From IMG/VR virus record IMGVR_UViG_3300024255_001563, positions 71,459-135,458 of that record: a DNA stretch of 64,000 bases. One strand, written 5' to 3'. Origin of the DNA: a virus. Shown in pieces: positions 9,848 to 18,322 of this stretch (position 1 is the first letter of the stretch; every line of letters starts with the position of its first letter). A program made the position numbers and the translations under genes. A model generated the notes under the pieces. The model was not told where the DNA came from. It searched no databases and saw only the letters and a list, made by a program, of their open reading frames with translations.

Positions 9848-12800
9848 TTAACCTAGTAGAATGCTCCAAAGAGACACTTCTTCACGCATATAATCTTCTG
9901 TAACAGGATCTTCTTCAATACCCGTTCCGGGGATCCATGATACATTATTCCAAACTTCTACACCTTTAATAGAAGGATTGTATCGGAATGCACCTATTTC
10001 TGGTCCAGGTCCGCTGTCTTCTGATACAGCAAGTACTAAATCAGTAACTGCGAATGCATTTAATCCTTTTTCATTTGTACCATTTTGAGAAATTCTAAAT
10101 TTTATATTTGAAAAATCAACTGTCGAATCTTCGATGTTAAATGTAATCTCAAAATCTTTCCATATAACAAATTCTGACCTATTTTCAATTTCCATTATTG
10201 GAGTTATTGTAACCATTCCGGCATCATCAGATCCGTCATAAGAGAACTCAAAATTTATATCGTCGCCTTCGTATAGTCTACTACCATTTGATCCGTCACC
10301 TAATATTAGTTTGCCTTTAAATCTTGCAGAGGTAAAATTACTTAAATCTAAACTATCAGTCACTGCATATCTAGTAGTGTTAGGTAAAATAGATGTATCT
10401 TCGTCAAATATATAATAATAGTTATTGCCATCAGGTGCATATTCTACAAACTGATTTGTGTTTGTAGTAATTTTATATTGTATTTCTAGTTCCCAATTAT
10501 TTGTCATACCAGAAACAAGAGTGTTTAGTGAACTCGGAACAGTTACTTCAACATTTATTCCATAATTTCCAGAGCCGCCTATTACTACTTGTGTTGGGAA
10601 AATACTTGCTTCTGTTCCTGTGTTAGAATATGTCCTAGTATCTTGCGGTACATCTCCAAACACTCCGGATATAGTCCAGTCTGTAGTATTACCGTTATCT
10701 TCAAATACACCTATTCTTGTTAGATATGTTGTTGCTGTGTCATCGCTAGGCAATGTTATATCAACATATTCATTTGTATCTTGAAAGTTTCCTCTAAATC
10801 TTATTTGCGATAATTCTATATCGATTACATCTGAAATATCATCTATACCAAAATCAATAAAATAGTTTTGTGATCCTGTACTAGTTGATCCTACTATCTG
10901 AGTATTAGTTACTGTTGTGGTGCCATTGCCGGTAGCAGTAGTTGTTGCTTGTGCAATTCTTACTCCGTTGTCAGATTCCCATAATGAACTTGCACTAATA
11001 TCAGTCTCGGTAGATAAAGTATTAACATTGTCTGTTATTACTGTGCCAGCTAGTCCTATAATTGCAGCTAAAGTGCCTCCTGCTTTTACATAACCATTTT
11101 CACCACTTATAATTTCAAATGCACCAGCTGAAGGATTTGTCCAGGTCGTATTTCTAAAATATTCTTGATTATTAAGTGTTACCGTTCCTGTACCTTTTCT
11201 TCTAATCCAAAGATCAGCATCTGACTCAGAACTTGTAATTTCATTATTATTAATTAAAACACTATCACTTTGTAATCCGGGTAGCGTAATACCTTCGTTG
11301 TTTATTTCTCCAACTTTTATAGCATTTATGTTAATATCAATATAATTGTTTGTATCATTAGCAATTATACTAGTTCGTCTATCATCTGAATAGATGCCAT
11401 CAAATGAAATTCTACCATCGCCGAAACCTTCAAAAACATTATCTTCAGAACTAAATCTTAAAATTCCTACATCTTCAATTATTTCATCGTTTGTACCTAC
11501 TGGTAGTCTTAATCCTTCCCCTTCAACAATTAAATTATTACTTGTAGTAAATTCAATATTTGTTGCATCAGTTGTTGTAATTGTGTTTTCTCTAAATCTA
11601 ATTCCTTCAATTTCAACATAGCCTGCGCCATTTGATTGTAAATTTAGATTAGCATCAGAAACAGTAGTTGTAATTGTAGTATCAAATATTTGTATATCGT
11701 CAATTACTATATTATCAGCATATACATCATTCCAAACTTTTGAATTACTACCTAAACTATGTGTTCTATCTTGATCGGGATAAAAATCTTGTTCTATGTT
11801 TACATTAAGATCTACAGTATCATCAGGATCATTACCTAGTCTAATCAACTCTCCTGAAATTGAAAGATCTCCTACAATATCTGTATTTTTATCAAATAAT
11901 ACATTTGAATTAAAGTTTGTAGTATTTGTTGCGCTATCAATATTTAGATCACTTATTAGAGAATACATTGTTTCTCCTTCAAATCTAATATTTCCAGTTT
12001 CTACAAAAGATGTATTAAGTGTTGTTTGATCTGTACCGTTTGAGATTATAATTTGAGATAGTCCGTCTAGTGTAACATCCTCTGCATCAATACTTAATAA
12101 TCCAGATTCTAAATCTACAAAAAATTCATTACCGACTTTAAATTTACCCTTTTCGTCAGTGTTAGTTACATATATTTTTCCGCCATTAAGATCATTCCAC
12201 TGTTGTTCTTCAATAACATCGTTAGGATCATTGTCTATTTTATTTTGTGTACCTATGTATGCAAAATTATGATTAATAAGATACATAATTGTATCAGCAC
12301 CGTCTGCATAGGCGCCATAGTAACCGTAAACATTAGCAGATCCAATACTACGAAGCTCTGCGCCATACTCTATAGTACTACCATCTGTACTAAGATGTCC
12401 TGTAGTGCCTCTTTCTGCAAATAAACCTTTGTCTGCAAAATATGTAAAACTGTTAAGCCATTCTACTCGCACACCGTTAGTCATGTACAATCCAGTTACA
12501 CCCGGAGTGATAAATGTTGCACTATGGAACAGCATACTAGCAGTCGGACTTGACGAATCGATAACGCCGCCGTCAACTGTTGCACCACTACCTGATTTAA
12601 ATGCTGCTATTTTTAGTTCATAGCTATATGCAGTAGCTAATGTTATGCCGTCGGTTTCAAAATTACTACTCCTAAAAGGATATATGTCAGCATCTTTTGT
12701 AAGATTACGAAGATCATATCTGTAAAGGAAGTCAGTAGCCGGTCTATAAAAAAGATAATTGTCTACGATTGTATTACCGCTAACATTATTTGGTGTAGGA

Positions 12801-14686
12801 ACTCCTGTCTTTGTTCCTGTAACACTTCCTGTGTTTAAATCATATACTGTAATTGTATTAGATTCAACATTCACAAAAGTTGTTCCTTCAATTGCAAATT
12901 TTCCACCTGCATTTGAAGGTAAACCTAAATTACGTTGTAGTGTCCCTGTAGCAGTGTCGTAGACATCACCGTTGTTATCTCCTACAACAATATAATCATC
13001 ACTAATAACAAATTTTGTTACTCCTAGTTCTAATGAATAAGAATAACTTAGTTGTCCATTAGCATAACTGTCTAGTGTGTATACATTTATTGTGTCTTGT
13101 ACAACAGCACTGGTATTGTATGCACTAGTAAGTGCTGCATAATTGGTTGTGATCAACGATTCACCTTGTCCTAATTCTAGATCAGATCCAGATATACCAG
13201 ACATGCCTGTAGGGGTAGGCACAGAACGTCGGCCAAAGCCTAAAGTAACTGTTTCTACTTGATTATCTTCGCCTATGACAAAAGTATTATGCGCAGGAAA
13301 TCCATTACTTACAAAACTGCCTGCATCACCATAATTACCGCCAAACGAACCTATGCTTAAATCTTCTGAACCTTCTTCGCCAGTTTCTTTGTTAACCCAT
13401 TTTAAATATGATCTAGCTGGAAAACCACTATATTCTCTAAACCAGCCTATTGCCCAGTAATCTCTTGTATTAAGACCGTAATAACCTCTGTTTGATTGTT
13501 TGTTACCACTGGGACCAAACCATGTAACATCTTTTTGATCAGGATATAAAACTTTTTCAACATAACCTTCTGCTGTAATTACGCTTACATTTCTAACATA
13601 TGGAGAGCGTGTGCTTAACACAGCATCTGTTGCAAAACTAAATGCAGAACCTGGACTGTAAAAATCTTTTACAGTTAGATCTTCAACTGTTGAATTATCA
13701 TTTAATTTAAACACATCTTCAAATTCATAACCAGCAGCAGGTTTTATAATTGTGTTTCTAATTTCTTCACCTTTAACTGTAACATTATCAGGAACTATCA
13801 AAGGTAGTTCTTCTTCATATTCACCTGCAAATATATGTACTGTTACAGTTCCTTCGCCGCTTGCATCAGCTGCTTCTAATGCACGTCTTACTGTTCTAAA
13901 TGGCCCTTGTACATGATCGCCTACATTTGTATCGTCGCCGTTTTGCGAAACATAAAACATATTTCCAACTCTAGAATTGATAGTAACAAATCCTGAAATA
14001 ACTTCGCCTGTTTCTACTGCTGCACCGTTTAGTAAATTTGAATGTATTTCGCCAAATCTTCTATCACTACTACCTAAGTTGTATGTATCTGTAATGTCTG
14101 GAATAATATTACTTTGTACTTGCGTATCAAAACTAATTTCATCAGGAGTCTCAGGACCAGTCCCAAATATTAAATCTCCGCCCATTGAAATGTTGCCTGT
14201 AGCATTCATACTACCGTATATGTCAACATTATTTAAAAATTCAACTGTGCCTGTTCCGCTTGGAATTAAATCTAAATTAGCATCACTATTATAAGTTGTA
14301 ATTTTTTCATTATCTATGAGTATGTCAGAAGTTGCTAATGCACTCAACTGTATATTAGGATCTGCTCCATCAACAGGAGTTGCTGTAAGATACAGTATGT
14401 CTGTGTCTACACCAACTGTATTATTTTGTGCTGTAAATAATGGAAAAACTTCCATAATATCTGCATTTAAATTTTCTGATCTAAATTTTGTCTTTACAGT
14501 TAAATCTTTACTAGGATTTTCTAAGTCTATACCTATTCGCCCAGTAACTGGATCAAGATGTAACAACGCAGTGTTAGATGCAGTGTTTTTAAAATTTAAA
14601 TTTGGCTTGCCGGCGCCGCCTTGATATAACTCAAGATTGTCTTGTAATACGCCGCCGCCTATACGTCCAGTTTGTGGTTCAGGCAT
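9848..14686 (-). CDS. Virion fibre/structural protein, 1612 aa, paralogue of 6003-9728 with different inserted domains
   Basis: Shared FHSATFITPGV...NGVRVEWLNxFTYFADKG and GAE(L/V)RxIGSAxVYG blocks. Confidence 0.8.
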   Translation of the reverse strand: MPEPQTGRIGGGVLQDNLELYQGGAGKPNLNFKNTASNTALLHLDPVTGRIGIDLENPSKDLTVKTKFRSENLNADIMEVFPLFTAQNNTVGVDTDILYLTATPVDGADPNIQLSALATSDILIDNEKITTYNSDANLDLIPSGTGTVEFLNNVDIYGSMNATGNISMGGDLIFGTGPETPDEISFDTQVQSNIIPDITDTYNLGSSDRRFGEIHSNLLNGAAVETGEVISGFVTINSRVGNMFYVSQNGDDTNVGDHVQGPFRTVRRALEAADASGEGTVTVHIFAGEYEEELPLIVPDNVTVKGEEIRNTIIKPAAGYEFEDVFKLNDNSTVEDLTVKDFYSPGSAFSFATDAVLSTRSPYVRNVSVITAEGYVEKVLYPDQKDVTWFGPSGNKQSNRGYYGLNTRDYWAIGWFREYSGFPARSYLKWVNKETGEEGSEDLSIGSFGGNYGDAGSFVSNGFPAHNTFVIGEDNQVETVTLGFGRRSVPTPTGMSGISGSDLELGQGESLITTNYAALTSAYNTSAVVQDTINVYTLDSYANGQLSYSYSLELGVTKFVISDDYIVVGDNNGDVYDTATGTLQRNLGLPSNAGGKFAIEGTTFVNVESNTITVYDLNTGSVTGTKTGVPTPNNVSGNTIVDNYLFYRPATDFLYRYDLRNLTKDADIYPFRSSNFETDGITLATAYSYELKIAAFKSGSGATVDGGVIDSSSPTASMLFHSATFITPGVTGLYMTNGVRVEWLNSFTYFADKGLFAERGTTGHLSTDGSTIEYGAELRSIGSANVYGYYGAYADGADTIMYLINHNFAYIGTQNKIDNDPNDVIEEQQWNDLNGGKIYVTNTDEKGKFKVGNEFFVDLESGLLSIDAEDVTLDGLSQIIISNGTDQTTLNTSFVETGNIRFEGETMYSLISDLNIDSATNTTNFNSNVLFDKNTDIVGDLSISGELIRLGNDPDDTVDLNVNIEQDFYPDQDRTHSLGSNSKVWNDVYADNIVIDDIQIFDTTITTTVSDANLNLQSNGAGYVEIEGIRFRENTITTTDATNIEFTTSNNLIVEGEGLRLPVGTNDEIIEDVGILRFSSEDNVFEGFGDGRISFDGIYSDDRRTSIIANDTNNYIDININAIKVGEINNEGITLPGLQSDSVLINNNEITSSESDADLWIRRKGTGTVTLNNQEYFRNTTWTNPSAGAFEIISGENGYVKAGGTLAAIIGLAGTVITDNVNTLSTETDISASSLWESDNGVRIAQATTTATGNGTTTVTNTQIVGSTSTGSQNYFIDFGIDDISDVIDIELSQIRFRGNFQDTNEYVDITLPSDDTATTYLTRIGVFEDNGNTTDWTISGVFGDVPQDTRTYSNTGTEASIFPTQVVIGGSGNYGINVEVTVPSSLNTLVSGMTNNWELEIQYKITTNTNQFVEYAPDGNNYYYIFDEDTSILPNTTRYAVTDSLDLSNFTSARFKGKLILGDGSNGSRLYEGDDINFEFSYDGSDDAGMVTITPIMEIENRSEFVIWKDFEITFNIEDSTVDFSNIKFRISQNGTNEKGLNAFAVTDLVLAVSEDSGPGPEIGAFRYNPSIKGVEVWNNVSWIPGTGIEEDPVTEDYMREEVSLWSILLG

Positions 14687-14707
14687 TTTTTACTCCTTTG
14701 ACATATG

Positions 14708-14714
14708 TATTTAT
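14708..14714 (-). promoter_or_regulatory. Late promoter (ATAAATA) for the 1612-aa gene
   Basis: ATAAATACATATGTCA then AGGAG Shine-Dalgarno; overlaps the upstream stop codon. Confidence 0.6.
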
Positions 14715-15220
14715 TTGTCAAAGTTATGTAATACAGTTACAGGTTTACCTAAAGGTGGTGCAGATCCAAATCTTATATACCATCCTTCTGCTTTACCACT
14801 AGGATTTTGTTTTAATGTATAGTTTGTCGTTGGTAACTGATAAACATTTTCAACAAATACTAATATATTTTGTGCAGCGGCAGGAATAGGATAATCACTA
14901 TCTTGACTATCAAGAGGACCGAAGTCAACTTCACTTGCATCGCCTACGCCTAAACTTTGTACTATAATACCTGGATCTTGATTTGGTTCTTTGAACCGTA
15001 TTTCTCTCCAAGCACCATTTTGATAAGCTTCTAATTGCTCGTCACCTGTGTTATATCTTACATAACCATTTTCTGGATAGAAAGGTCTTTGAGATTCTTC
15101 ACCTTTTGGAACTAACAACCCCTTTTTACTATCCATAATAACTTGATCGTTTTCATCGTATCTTACGCCCGGACCAGTTATACTTCTTAAATTTGTTGTT
15201 TGTCTTTTAATTAATCTCAT
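14711..15220 (-). CDS. Structural protein, 169 aa (start revised to ATG 15220, MRLIKRQ...)
   Basis: TAATG stop/start overlap with the upstream gene; VPKG..QRP..GYVRYN..LEAY motif shared with the fibre proteins. Confidence 0.75.
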   Translation of the reverse strand: MRLIKRQTTNLRSITGPGVRYDENDQVIMDSKKGLLVPKGEESQRPFYPENGYVRYNTGDEQLEAYQNGAWREIRFKEPNQDPGIIVQSLGVGDASEVDFGPLDSQDSDYPIPAAAQNILVFVENVYQLPTTNYTLKQNPSGKAEGWYIRFGSAPPLGKPVTVLHNFDK

Positions 15221-15609
15221 TATACTTCCAACCAACTTACTGTAGCACTTAAATTTGTCGGACTATCTCCAACAATTACAATTCTATCTCCTGATTCTAA
15301 AACAATTTTTTCGCTATCGAATGTAAATGTTTCTCCTGAAGGCATTTGTAGTGAATTTACAACTTTATTAATATCACCTTTAGCTTCGTTACGTTTTACT
15401 ATGTGCATATCAAAGTTTGTTGTTCCGGCTTCTTCGTGTACAATATTCGGTACTTCATTATTACATACTAAAATATTAGTTACTGCATATCTTCTTGCCG
15501 GAGGATCTAATGGGTCTAATGGATCCCATGTTCCTATTGCCTTATAAGGATCTGGAACTTGTACTAAATCTTGATCTGTTGTTGTTATTAATAAATTGCG
15601 TATAGGCAT
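15220..15609 (-). CDS. Small structural protein, 129 aa
   Basis: Tandem paralogue of 15610-15969 (YAVTNILVCN, GETFTFDSEKIVLES). Confidence 0.8.
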   Translation of the reverse strand: MPIRNLLITTTDQDLVQVPDPYKAIGTWDPLDPLDPPARRYAVTNILVCNNEVPNIVHEEAGTTNFDMHIVKRNEAKGDINKVVNSLQMPSGETFTFDSEKIVLESGDRIVIVGDSPTNLSATVSWLEV

Positions 15610-15969
15610 TTATATCTCCAAATAACTTATTACAACTGCTAAAGTTGTGTTGCCAGGATTAGTAATATCATCCGGTGTTCCTATTCCTACAATAGAATCA
15701 CTACTTTCAATAATTATTTTTTCACTATCAAACGTAAAAGTTTCGCCTGCACGTAAACTCATTTGATTTATAATTCTGTTAATATCACCTCTAGACTGAC
15801 CATTAGGTATTAAGTGCAAATCAAAAGTTGCTAAACCTTCTTGATCGTCTGACGGATTAGGAACATATGTATTACATACAATTATTGTTGTAATTGCATA
15901 TTGCTTTGCAGCTGGCACTGTAAGCAACGCTGTTTCTGTTATTCCTATAAATTTGTGTTCTATAGCCAT
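15610..15969 (-). CDS. Small structural protein, 119 aa
   Basis: YAITTIIVCN, GETFTFDSEKIIIES; abuts its paralogue. Confidence 0.8.
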   Translation of the reverse strand: MAIEHKFIGITETALLTVPAAKQYAITTIIVCNTYVPNPSDDQEGLATFDLHLIPNGQSRGDINRIINQMSLRAGETFTFDSEKIIIESSDSIVGIGTPDDITNPGNTTLAVVISYLEI

Positions 15970-15977
15970 AAAAATTC

Positions 15978-17027
15978 CTAAAATATCATACTGTAAATCA
16001 TTGATTTATTGTTACTTACTATTTCGTCACGTCTATCAAAACTATTTACAAAATATAATCCAGTGTCGCCAAATTGTGGAACGTTTGTATATAACTTTAA
16101 TCCTGCAGAACTATCATCCGGAGCACTCGGTTCTAATAATCCATCGTCGTCGCCCGGTGTTGCATTTATTTGTAATACATCGTTAATTCTTACTGTACCT
16201 GTTCCAGGCGCTGAAAGAGTAAGATCGCTATTACTAACAGTTGATTCTATTTTAGTATCTAAAATTCGTATTCCTTGAATTTCAGCTCTATTTTCATAAA
16301 ATTCACTTACAACAACATCGTCAATACCTATTTGTACAACACTCGGATTTCCAGTATCTTCTCTGTCAATAGTTTCAACAAATGTTTTTGTTATTGTACC
16401 TTCTTCAATTCTATCTTGGAACACCCCTGCAAAATAAGAATTAACATAATCAACAATTGATTTAGTATTCGGTATGTTATCTGGATCGATAACACCATCA
16501 GAATTAGAACCACCTGTTAAATCAACTGTACCTGTTGCGATATCACTATATGTAAAAACATTATTTTCATAATCAGTAGTACCTGTGACAGTAATTACAC
16601 CAGTACCGTTGCTTATTAAATATAAGTCACTTCCGCCTGTATTAATATGATTTGTTTGTAGTCCTTTAAGTGTTCCACTACCTCCGTCGGCAATATAAAG
16701 CCTAAATGCACCATCAGTTCCTCCTGGAACTACATTTGCAATATTTTCATCAAATACAAAAAATGTATCTGCATTTGTTCCTCTATCTATTCTAATACCT
16801 GCAGAATCAAGTGTAATACCTGCGCCAGTCTCTCCGCTGTTTACAATAATTATATTGTCTTTTACAGTCATATTTTCAGACTGTACAGTAGTTGCGTTAC
16901 CTTGTACAATAAGGTCGCCTGTTACTCTTACAACACCATTTTCATTACCAGTGTTTAATACAATAACACCACCTTCTTGTGTTTCTATAGTATAGTCACC
17001 ATATGGTATTTTTAGAAATTTTGACAT
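15978..17027 (-). CDS. Fibre-like structural protein, 349 aa
   Basis: VTGDLIVQGNATTVQSENMTVKDNII..N...AGIRIDRG motif, also seen in 61784-63745. Confidence 0.75.
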   Translation of the reverse strand: MSKFLKIPYGDYTIETQEGGVIVLNTGNENGVVRVTGDLIVQGNATTVQSENMTVKDNIIIVNSGETGAGITLDSAGIRIDRGTNADTFFVFDENIANVVPGGTDGAFRLYIADGGSGTLKGLQTNHINTGGSDLYLISNGTGVITVTGTTDYENNVFTYSDIATGTVDLTGGSNSDGVIDPDNIPNTKSIVDYVNSYFAGVFQDRIEEGTITKTFVETIDREDTGNPSVVQIGIDDVVVSEFYENRAEIQGIRILDTKIESTVSNSDLTLSAPGTGTVRINDVLQINATPGDDDGLLEPSAPDDSSAGLKLYTNVPQFGDTGLYFVNSFDRRDEIVSNNKSMIYSMIF

Positions 17028-17389
17028 TATATTGTCCTAAGTAAAATAATATTTTCAGTTGAATCGTGTTCTAGATCCCACTTATAATTGATATTCTTAA
17101 AATCAATCATTGTATCATTCATAATTTTTTTTATAAAAACAAAGCTACATATTTTTAAACAAAGTGCCCTTATCGACATTTCATTTTCTTTTAATTCTTC
17201 AGTTGTTTTTTCGACCAACCTACATATACCAATGTTTCCATTATCGTCTGCAACCTCAAATGTATTTTCAGAAAGTTGTGCTAAGACTTCACCGTGTGGT
17301 GTTGCCTTAGCACTTCCAATCTTTACTGAAACTACTAAGTTTTTTAGATTTTCTAAGAAATCCCAAAAAACATTTATCGGTCGTCCCAT
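17027..17389 (-). CDS. Hypothetical protein, 120 aa, diverged tandem paralogue of 17401-17862
   Basis: MGRP start, C-x-L and L-x-E-x-EM-x-I pattern shared; AAGGA upstream; TAATG overlap with next gene. Confidence 0.7.
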   Translation of the reverse strand: MGRPINVFWDFLENLKNLVVSVKIGSAKATPHGEVLAQLSENTFEVADDNGNIGICRLVEKTTEELKENEMSIRALCLKICSFVFIKKIMNDTMIDFKNINYKWDLEHDSTENIILLRTI

Positions 17390-17400
17390 TAAGTTAGTCC

Positions 17401-17862
17401 TTATGCGTCTTCTGTGAAATCGTCGTCATCGGTTCCAACTAATGTGTTGTCGTCGCCAGCTTCTTCAACTTGTGCTGCACCGTCTGCTACAGATGTACTA
17501 AAGTTCCATGCTACACTTACACCATCATAAGCATTACTACCTGTTGCACTTGGTGCTGACAATGTAGCTTTACGTCCAGAAATTTTACTTACTGTGTATG
17601 TTTCTGCATCGTCCATTTTGAATGAAATAGCCATTTCGCCTTCTGCTAATGCTGCTGGTAGTTTACCAGTTGTTAGCGTACAAGTAAATAAGCCTGGTGT
17701 TTCAATTTCTTCACATACAAATTTCTTTGATGCTTTTTGCTTTACAATGTAACCTTCTTTAACTGCTGTGCCGTTATGAAAATTTACTTTAATTTCGTTG
17801 CCGCCTGCTGTAGGTCCTACGCCTGCTACACCGAATAATCGTTTGTTTAGTGGTCTTCCCAT
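17401..17862 (-). CDS. Probable head-associated/decoration protein, 153 aa
   Basis: Directly downstream of capsid gene, own late promoter, strong AGGAG; function inferred from position only. Confidence 0.65.
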   Translation of the reverse strand: MGRPLNKRLFGVAGVGPTAGGNEIKVNFHNGTAVKEGYIVKQKASKKFVCEEIETPGLFTCTLTTGKLPAALAEGEMAISFKMDDAETYTVSKISGRKATLSAPSATGSNAYDGVSVAWNFSTSVADGAAQVEEAGDDNTLVGTDDDDFTEDA

Positions 17863-17958
17863 TTTTTTTCTCCTATAAAAAGTAGTCCTATGCCCGTTCT
17901 ATGAGCTACGCTGCGGGTACAGCATAAGTCCGCCTTGCGGCACACTATCTGACATATG

Positions 17959-17965
17959 TATTTAT
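17959..17965 (-). promoter_or_regulatory. Late promoter (ATAAATA) for the 153-aa gene
   Basis: 16-bp identity with the site at 14699-14714. Confidence 0.6.
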
Positions 17966-17973
17966 CAAATAAG

Positions 17974-18007
17974 AAAAAAGCCCGACACAGTTAAGTATCG
18001 AGCTTTT
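17974..18007 (-). terminator. Intrinsic terminator closing the candidate ncRNA
   Basis: GCUCGAUAC-UUAACU-GUGUCGGGC-UUUUUU; 9-bp stem with two G-U pairs that only form on the minus strand. Confidence 0.75.
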
Positions 18008-18220
18008 AATAATAAGGGTGATAGGTTGGACTTTGAGAATACCAACAACCTCCTAGTAGCTCTCGCTAAATTCGGAGGAGCCTAGCATCGGATAGTTACT
18101 TCCAAAAACATATCTTTGTATCTCTACAATCATATGCTGCCACTACAGCTACTAGCCAAGTTGTGTCACTACGCAACACCGTTCCTTGCACTATCTAACT
18201 TAGACCGTCGCCTAACTTAT
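17974..18220 (-). ncRNA. Candidate ~245-nt structured noncoding RNA, family not recognised
   Basis: Own sigma70 promoter and terminator, no credible ORF, several stems incl. perfect 9-bp CUAGUAGCU/AGCUACUAG and GAGA tetraloop. Confidence 0.6.
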
Positions 18221-18226
18221 GTAACT

Positions 18227-18254
18227 AATATAACATCATTACAAACAATGTCAA
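18227..18254 (-). promoter_or_regulatory. Sigma70-type promoter TTGACA-16-TATATT with extended -10 TG
   Basis: -35 at 18249-18254, -10 at 18227-18232, A/T tract upstream. Confidence 0.65.
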
Positions 18255-18276
18255 CCACTTTTTTTAAAAAAGTCAT

Positions 18277-18303
18277 AAAAAAAGGCCCCGTAGGGCCTTT
18301 TTT
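18277..18303 (-). terminator. Intrinsic terminator after the major capsid gene (potentially bidirectional)
   Basis: GGCCC-UACG-GGGCC flanked by A6/U7 tracts. Confidence 0.85.
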
Positions 18304-18322
18304 CGTTATTATAAAAATAATA

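Noticed and set aside
14711..15235. ORF-track start at 15235
   Set aside because: ATG at 15220 in a TAATG overlap is the more plausible start
17974..18220. RNase P RNA, tmRNA or tRNA identity for the candidate ncRNA
   Set aside because: Only short look-alike words (AGUGCAA, AAAGUCC) in the wrong order; no acceptor stem/T-arm or tag ORF seen
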